From positions 9,103-73,102 of the forward strand of contig JAPLJS010000075.1 of assembly GCA_026388545.1 (NCBI GenBank): a DNA stretch of 64,000 nucleotides. The letters are read 5' to 3'. Source of the DNA: Deltaproteobacteria bacterium (lineage in GTDB: Bacteria; Desulfobacterota; Syntrophia; Syntrophales; UBA2185). The position numbers and the translations under genes are program-made. This document shows, piece after piece, positions 27,693 to 34,500 of this stretch (positions within the stretch are counted from its first letter, which is position 1; every line of letters begins with the position of its first letter). The notes under the pieces are model-generated. The model was not told the DNA's origin, ran no database searches, and saw only the letters and a program-made list of their open reading frames with translations.

Positions 27693-28806
27693 GATATTCG
27701 TTAGCAGTGTTCAAAAGGAGTTTCAGCAAGTTCGTCTAGACTTGAAGGCGTTCCTCACAGGTGACGCTGTTCTCCATCGGTTCATCTCTGAGGTTTTCCT
27801 TTTTGAGGAACTTCCGGCGAAAGACCGCCGTGCCGACCAGGTTTACCTGGAAGAAGTGAAACGGTGTGACATCTATCTGGGAATCTTTGGTTACGACTAC
27901 GGCAACGAGGATAAGGATGGCGTCTCTCCTACCGAACACGAATACAACTATGCCGGCAAACATCGGAAAACCCGGCTTATCTATGTCTGGGGATCGGACG
28001 AAAAGAAGCGTGCGCCAAAAATGCGGCAACTGGTCAGTAACGCAAGCTCCGAGCTGATAAGACGCCGTATCGAAAACTTAAGTGCCCTAACGTCCGAAGT
28101 CTATGCCAGTCTTGTGGATTACCTCGACGGGTTGGGTGCCCTGCGTGTTCCACCCTTTGATACCTCCGTCTGTGCTGGCGCTACCTTTCATCACCTTTCC
28201 CGTAAGCGTATCGAGTGGTTTCTGGAAACTGCTCGCCGGGAACGCAATTTCCCCCTCAAGCAAAGCACGACGACGCAGGCCCTGCTCACCCATCTGAACC
28301 TGTCGGAAAAGGGAAAACCGACAAATGCGGCTCTGCTTCTCTTCGGAGCTGCCCCCCAGCGTTTTCACCGCACGGCTGAAACCAAATGCGTGCACTGCCA
28401 CGGCGACGAATATCGCCGCCCCTTCGCCTCCCAGCAGATCTATACCGGAGATGTCTTTGAGCAGGCCGATCAGGCGCGCGACTTTGTCCTTGCCAAGATC
28501 AATCGGGCGGTAGGTATCCGTGCAGAGAGCAATGTCGCGCCTGCCACCTACGAGCTTCCACCAGACGCTATCGGTGAGGCAATTGTTAACGCTGTTGCCC
28601 ACAGGGATTATCACAGCAACGCATCTGTTGAAGTTCGTCTCTTTTCCAACCGTCTTGAAGTCTGGAACCCGGGTAGGCTGCCCGGCACGTTGACATTCGA
28701 CGATTTGCGCCATGACCACCCTTCGGTGCCTCACAACCCTCTTATTGCCGAATCGCTTTACCTGACGCGATATATCGAAAAGCGGGCTCAGGCACTCAGC
28801 GTATGA
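27682..28806 (+). CDS. DUF4062-like N-domain fused to a RecG-like/HATPase_c_4 DNA-binding core, N-terminal ORF of a frameshifted gene
   Basis: GTG start. The N-terminus KIFVSSVQKEFQQVRLDLKAFL...CDIYLGIFGYDYG matches the DUF4062 pattern. The core reads NAALLLFGAAPQRF...IGEAIVNAVAHRDYHSNASVEVRLFSNRLEVWNPGRLPG...HNPLIAESLYLTRYIEK. Reading then breaks where the family continues with xGSGxxRM. Confidence 0.7.
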   Translation: MKLKIFVSSVQKEFQQVRLDLKAFLTGDAVLHRFISEVFLFEELPAKDRRADQVYLEEVKRCDIYLGIFGYDYGNEDKDGVSPTEHEYNYAGKHRKTRLIYVWGSDEKKRAPKMRQLVSNASSELIRRRIENLSALTSEVYASLVDYLDGLGALRVPPFDTSVCAGATFHHLSRKRIEWFLETARRERNFPLKQSTTTQALLTHLNLSEKGKPTNAALLLFGAAPQRFHRTAETKCVHCHGDEYRRPFASQQIYTGDVFEQADQARDFVLAKINRAVGIRAESNVAPATYELPPDAIGEAIVNAVAHRDYHSNASVEVRLFSNRLEVWNPGRLPGTLTFDDLRHDHPSVPHNPLIAESLYLTRYIEKRAQALSV

Positions 28807-29126
28807 TCGAACTTTGCAGGGAAGCAGGTTTGCCGGAGCCACAATTCGAGCAACGCAGTGGTTCATTCGTTATTACTCTCTGGCGGGACTGGTTGACTCC
28901 GGATGTGCTGGCCAAATTCAATCTGAATGAACGGCAAATCATGGGACTTGCCCTTCTTCGGTCGGAAGGGCGTATCACAAGTGGAACTTATCAGGAACAG
29001 ACCGGTGTAAGCCGGCAAACGGCGACTCGCGATTTGGAAGATATGGTATTAAAGGGCATTCTTGATCGTCATGGAACTCGCCGTGGAGCTTTTTATGTGA
29101 AGGCTAAGGGTATGCCTCAAGTATGA
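28803..29126 (+). CDS. C-terminal ORF of the same frameshifted gene (end of the HATPase_c_4 core plus a winged helix)
   Basis: In this frame the sequence upstream of the Met already reads AGSGTQRMIELCREAGLPEPQFEQRSGSFVITLWR, which is the expected continuation of ORF 27682-28806. A wHTH follows (ITSGTYQEQTGVSRQTATRDLEDMVLKGIL). Confidence 0.7.
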   Translation: MIELCREAGLPEPQFEQRSGSFVITLWRDWLTPDVLAKFNLNERQIMGLALLRSEGRITSGTYQEQTGVSRQTATRDLEDMVLKGILDRHGTRRGAFYVKAKGMPQV

Positions 29127-29274
29127 CTCATATGCCCCTTGGCGAGCAGCATTCTTAATGCCTCAGATATGCCCTAAATGCCTCAAGAAATCTTTGGGGG
29201 CGAAATCTGGTTTGGCGGATTGAAATGCCCTTCATGACCCGTCTTAAGAAAGGGGCCAAAGGGGCCATTTTCAA

Positions 29275-29844
29275 GTGTTGCAGGAATGTGCCACTCATCG
29301 GAAAGGGCTCACAAAGGGCTCAAAGGGCTCATGGTGTATGGAAGCCCAATGTAAACAGGATAGATATAATATGAATGCTTCTCAACTGGAAAGTGGACAT
29401 AAACTGGACAAACGGGACATTCTAACGGCGACTTCTAAAGGGGACACAAAGGGGACAAAGGGGACATTTTCAAGCAATGTCGGCCTTGACGAGCCTGAGT
29501 TTGCCTTTACGGACTGCTTTGTCGTTACTATCCGAAGAAAGCCTGAATTGGCCTTTAAGGCCGTAGGCGGGATAACCGGGGAAGTCACTGGGGAAGTTAC
29601 CGGGGAAGTAAAGAAACTCCTGACGGTACTGGTTGGAGAGATGAAACGTACAGACATCCAGAAGGCTCTGGCCATGCGGCATGAAGACTACTTCAGGGAG
29701 GCTTATCTCATTCCGGCGCTAACTGCCGATGTTATCGAAATGACAATCCCCGGCAAACCCACAAGCAGCAAACAGAAATACCGGCTTACCCAGAAAGGGC
29801 GCGACCTCATCGCGAAGCTGGCTGAAGGGGGAAAAGTGAAATGA
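29275..29844 (+). CDS. orphan C-terminal tail module of a RecG-like/Fic-associated protein, probably a gene remnant kept in frame
   Basis: Only the last ~125 codons look like protein: GLDEPEFAFTDCFVVTIRRKP...(TGEV)x3...KKLLTVLVGEMKRTDIQKALAMRHEDYFREAYLIPALTADVIEMTIPGKPTSSKQKYRLTQKGRDL. The start is uncertain (GTG at 29275 or ATG at 29371). The stop overlaps the hsdS start (ATGA). Confidence 0.45.
   Translation: MLQECATHRKGLTKGSKGSWCMEAQCKQDRYNMNASQLESGHKLDKRDILTATSKGDTKGTKGTFSSNVGLDEPEFAFTDCFVVTIRRKPELAFKAVGGITGEVTGEVTGEVKKLLTVLVGEMKRTDIQKALAMRHEDYFREAYLIPALTADVIEMTIPGKPTSSKQKYRLTQKGRDLIAKLAEGGKVK
29575..29610 (+). repeat. 3 x 12-bp tandem repeat encoding (TGEV)3
   Basis: ACCGGGGAAGTC / ACTGGGGAAGTT / ACCGGGGAAGTA, differing only at third codon positions. 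Confidence 0.8.
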
Positions 29845-31130
29845 GCGCTGTGGAAGGGTGGAAAACAGGTCGGCTCGGCGAATTATGCTCGATTGAGATT
29901 GGTGGAACTCCATCCCGTAGTAATCCAGACTTCTGGGATGCATCGAAGGATACGTCGAATCACTGGGTATCTATCAGAGACCTTAATCAAACTGTAATTA
30001 CTGATACTGCTGAACATATCTCAGATTCTGGGGTTAAGCATTCTAATGTGAAATTGCAGAATCCGGGAACCGTCCTTCTCAGTTTCAAGTTAAGCATTGG
30101 CCGAGTTGCTTTTGCTGGTGTGCCTCTCTATACGAATGAGGCAATTGCAGGCTTAAACTCAGATCAGATTAACACAAATTATTTATTCCATGGTCTTCAT
30201 CATTGGGACCTTTTGCAGGGTGTGGATCAGGCAATCAAGGGGGCGACTTTAAACAAGGAAAAGCTGAAAAAGATAACATTTAAGTATCCAGGCTCACTAT
30301 CCGAACAAACCAAAATCGCCGATATTCTCTCGACGGTGGATCGGGCGATTGAACAAACCGAGGCGTTGATTGCCAAACATCAGCGCATCAAGACCGGCCT
30401 GATGCAGGACCTCCTCACCCGCGGCATCGACGAACACGGCAACCTCCGCTCCGAAAAAACCCACCAATTTAAAAACTCCCCGCTGGGGCGGATTCCGGTG
30501 GAGTGGGAGATAAAATCATTCGGGGAGATTACAGGAAAATACGGAGGGATCCTCCAGACAGGGCCGTTTGGAAGTCAGCTCCATTCTTATGAGTATGTAG
30601 CTGACGGTGTTCCTGTGGTAATGCCCCAGGACATTGCTTCAAACGGCATTTCAACCGCTAATATTGCACAGATAACTGAGAAAAAAGCCCAATTTCTTAC
30701 AAGACACCGCATGATTCTGGGTGATTTGGTATTTGCCAGACGTGGCGATTTATCAAGGTGCGCTGTCATAGGCGAAAAAGAACGAGGATGGCTGTGCGGT
30801 ACTGGATGCCTGCTTATGAGACCACCCGTCAAGGTGCTTTCACCAAGATGGACAGCAAATACATACAGATTTCATTCAAGCCAATTGCAGGTTGCTGTAA
30901 GCGCCGTAGGTTCAACAATGCCCAATCTAAATACAGGCATTCTATCGGATATCAAGGTCGCTCTGCCATCAATTGAGGAACAGACCCGCATTGAGAGCCA
31001 ATTACAAGCTGTTGACTATGGCGAAGTAGCAGTTAGGAATCGACTGCATAAACTCCGCTCCCTTAAAGCCGCTCTCATGCAAGACTTGTTAACGGGGGAA
31101 AAGCGTGTCACCGCACTTTTGGATAATTAA
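29841..31130 (+). CDS. hsdS: Type I restriction-modification specificity subunit (two target-recognition domains)
   Basis: 429-aa ORF. The conserved central region reads EQTKIADILSTVDRAIEQTEALIAKHQRIKTGLMQDLLTRGID. The conserved C-terminal region reads EEQTRIESQLQAVD...LHKLRSLKAALMQDLLTGEKRV. Two variable blocks lie between them. Confidence 0.9.
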   Translation: MSAVEGWKTGRLGELCSIEIGGTPSRSNPDFWDASKDTSNHWVSIRDLNQTVITDTAEHISDSGVKHSNVKLQNPGTVLLSFKLSIGRVAFAGVPLYTNEAIAGLNSDQINTNYLFHGLHHWDLLQGVDQAIKGATLNKEKLKKITFKYPGSLSEQTKIADILSTVDRAIEQTEALIAKHQRIKTGLMQDLLTRGIDEHGNLRSEKTHQFKNSPLGRIPVEWEIKSFGEITGKYGGILQTGPFGSQLHSYEYVADGVPVVMPQDIASNGISTANIAQITEKKAQFLTRHRMILGDLVFARRGDLSRCAVIGEKERGWLCGTGCLLMRPPVKVLSPRWTANTYRFHSSQLQVAVSAVGSTMPNLNTGILSDIKVALPSIEEQTRIESQLQAVDYGEVAVRNRLHKLRSLKAALMQDLLTGEKRVTALLDN

Positions 31131-31211
31131 TAGGAGATCTTCTATGACTGTAAAAGACATTGCCATCTGGGACATTCACGCCTGCAAGGTCGGCAGGCAG
31201 GGAGAACCATC

Positions 31212-31475
31212 ATGAAAGTTGAAGGGCAAGACTGGCATTGGCAAAATGGAAATGGCCTTTCCGTGCAGATCGGGAAAGTAAACGATCATGGCCAAAGATG
31301 TGGTGGCCATCGCGGTGTCTTGGGTTCGGACTTCAACCAGTATGCCTATAAGGTTGAGTGTACTTATTGCGGCCACGTTTATGGGGCAAATGGGAGCGAC
31401 ATGCACGAACGCCTATGCCCCGCCTGCCAAGGTGGAGCCATGGGAATCCGTTTCTGGCAGGTCCAAGAAGGCTAA
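31212..31475 (+). CDS. small zinc-ribbon protein (87 aa), unknown function
   Basis: CTYC (31359-31370) and CPAC (31416-31427) sit 15 residues apart, forming a CxxC...CxxC knuckle pair. GGGAGA lies 7 nt upstream of the ATG. It is on the same strand and packed between hsdS and the giant ORF. Confidence 0.55.
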   Translation: MKVEGQDWHWQNGNGLSVQIGKVNDHGQRCGGHRGVLGSDFNQYAYKVECTYCGHVYGANGSDMHERLCPACQGGAMGIRFWQVQEG

Positions 31476-31544
31476 CTGCCTGAAAAGAAATAATAGATAT
31501 ATCAATATGATTAATGTAGATTTCATGTTCCAAGGAGCGACATC

Positions 31545-34500
31545 ATGGGACCGGAAATAGTCGTCGGAATTCTCGGGGGATGGTTGTGGAAAAAGCTTAC
31601 TGATGCCACCGAGTCTACAGATGAGAATATTGCGATCAAAAAGGCCTTCGACGCTGCTGTAGGAAAAGGTTATGAGCTTTTTTCAAAAAAGTACAGTAAC
31701 TTTGCTGCCTCATTATTCGATCAGGCTTTCTTGGAAAACTACGCAGGTCCTGAGTTAAGCAAATATCTGACGCGTCATGAATATCCTAATCCCGCAAGCA
31801 TTGCTGCAGCATATAGTTCTCAGTTCCATGTATCGTTACCAGATGGGGTTGAAGAAGCAGTCGCCGATTTCCTTGATTTCATCTTACAGGCACTGAAGGA
31901 ACAACCGGCGCTTCAAGATATTCTCGATCGGAGAGAGATCGAAGATACTAACCGGTTAGTTGGTGAAGTCCACAAGGCCATAATATCGACTGAAGAAGAC
32001 TGGCAAACTCTTGAGGATGCAAGTTGTGATGCAATTGCCCGCATTAGGGACGATATTGCAAACACAGTGTGTTTGACTCTCGGTCCTGACAAGAAAATGC
32101 TTAATGTAGTCTTTCAGGAAAAAGGCGCAGCCATTTTCATAGGCCCTTCCGGTTGCGGCAAATCAGCACTGGCTAAACGAATCGCCATGAATTCAGGTTT
32201 GTTTTCACGTTTCATATGGTTGACTGCCGAAATCTTAAATAAACCGACGTTAGTTGAAACCGAGAGGTCGCTTGGCCTGCGCCATACCTTTCACGCTGTT
32301 TTTGCTAATGCCAAAGGACTGCGAATCCTTTTGGTTGTGGATGCAATGGAATCCCTCACCAATGAGGGCATCGCCAATATGGCCCACGTGATGCGCGCCA
32401 CAAAAGAAGCCGGTCACCGGACCGGCTGGAGTTATCTTCTCATTTCACAACCAGAAGGCTGGGATCAGGTCGCCTTTAACCTTCGCCGCTCCGGGGTGTC
32501 ATTGGATGATTTTCAAGTAATACAAGCATCAGGACCTTCAAAAAAGGATGTTCAATGCGTGCTCTCCTGTATGCCTGGCCTTCTGCCCATAGCCTATAGC
32601 CCCACACTTCCCGATATTCTGACCAATCTCAAGCTTCTGGATCACGTGGCGAGTCAGGCAAGAATTAAGCCGCCTGAAGCAGGAGCAGCATGGACAAGTG
32701 CGGCACAGGTCGTTGATTGGGTTTGGGAAGGCTGGCTTGGAACAGGCAAGGGCCGATACGCACGTGGCGGAGTACTAAAGCTCCTCGCTGAGATAGAAGC
32801 CGATTCCTTCGGGAGGGGAATTGCACTCTCTCGACTGTCCGCAGAGCAACATGCTATTCTCGCACCCCTTGAAGACGATGAAAAGCTAATCAACGTCCGT
32901 AACGAGCGAGTCTTTTTTCGCCACGATTCGACTGCCGATTGGGCCAGATACCTCAGTTTAGCGGGTGAGGTTCCACTATCTCCTCGCCTGCGAGAATTAT
33001 CTTCATACCCGAAATGGAATACGGCAATCCGCTTGGTGGGACAGCGAGTCTTGGACAAGGGTGATTCAACCGGAACGGAGTGGGCGGCACTGCTTGAGGA
33101 GGTTGCCGATGGATCGCCGCGAGGAGAAGCAGCACAGGACCTGCTTCTTGATGCCGTGATTCTGTCCACAAACTCAACAACACATCTGGACAAGATTTGG
33201 CCGATCATCGTGAAAGAAAATGGCAAGCTCCTCCAACGTCTATTGAACCGGTTCCTCCATGTGGCGACAATTCCTGACCGACAGATTCTTCTCATAGCGC
33301 CGGAAGATGAAAAAATGCGACGCTATCTCGCCAGTACTATGAGGGAGCCGATATTTATCTATTGGTGGGCTTTTGTGGACTGGGTTTACCGGAATTTGGA
33401 GAATGTCATTAATTTGGCTCCAATCCCCTTGGCCAAGATATGCACCATATGGTTAAGCAATATGTCCATCGCCAAGGGTAAGCAAAAACCTTGGACACGG
33501 AGGAAGCAAGTGGCGGAAATGGCGCGCGCACTGGCCAGGGAATTACAGGCGAAAGATATGGAACATTCCCCTGTAAGAGAAGCGGGAAAAGTAGCATATA
33601 AAGCAGCATTTCTGGCTGCTTCCGAAATCCCCGATGAGATAGGCCAATGGGCGCTGGAAATGGCCAAGCGTCGTCCTCCGTCGCCAGACATTTTGGCACG
33701 TCAAGAAGCTTACTTGAATAAGGAAGCAGAACGACAGAAACAGCTCGCAGATCCCGCATATCAAGAAAGAATGAATGAAATGGCTTATCTTACGACGCCT
33801 ATATTAGCACTGGGACCATTGAGAGATCCATGGCCAGACGGACCTCTGGCGATGGTTGACCATACCTTCCAGAAGGGTGCACTTGATATGTGGACACTGT
33901 TGCCTCTTATGGCGGCAAAACCGGCACTTGCTCAAGAACTTATTCTATCCCTTTCCATCGAGCATCCTTCCCATGAAAGAGAGGGCTCTATATCATCGTA
34001 TGAGTGGTGTGGACTTCAATTCGGCAACGACGGCACGCCAGCGATGTATTTTCGCGGCCCTTTTCTTGTCTTCCTGCAAATCAATCCGAAAGTCGCCTTG
34101 GATACAATTATCCGGCTTGTGAATTTTGCTACAGACAGATTTTGTGAACGGATGTCAAAGCATCGAGGATACGGAGGAAAGGCTCAGGCCTGGAGCGTGC
34201 AAATTCCTCTCGCCGATGGAGAAGCGGTCTGGTGTGGTGACCACCGGGTCTTCGGATTCTTCCGAGGCGAAACATTTAACACTGCTCTATTATCTTCTGC
34301 ACTAATGGCTGTGGAGAAATGGCTATACGATAAGATTGAAAAGGGCGAAGAAGCAGACGAATGGATCGGACAAATTCTTGAAGGTAGCCGGTCAGTGGCT
34401 TTCGCCGGGCTGCTTCTAACTGTAGGGAAGAAGTCTCCCGCCCTACTGGAGGGGATTCTTTTGCCCTTGCTCGGCGCCTGGCAATTCTATCAATGGGACC

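Noticed and set aside
26735-28866. Minus-strand ORFs 26735-27235, 27274-27729 and 28087-28866
   Set aside because: They lie opposite the AAA/DUF4143 gene, the hsdM relic and the DUF4062 fusion gene. They have no motifs and a shadow-ORF composition.
32654-33295. 213-aa minus-strand ORF inside the giant NTPase gene, plus other internal ORFs on both strands between 32.9 and 36.4 kb
   Set aside because: All are nested in one uninterrupted 4956-nt frame. Their translations are Arg/Ser-rich and unstructured, and none has an RBS.
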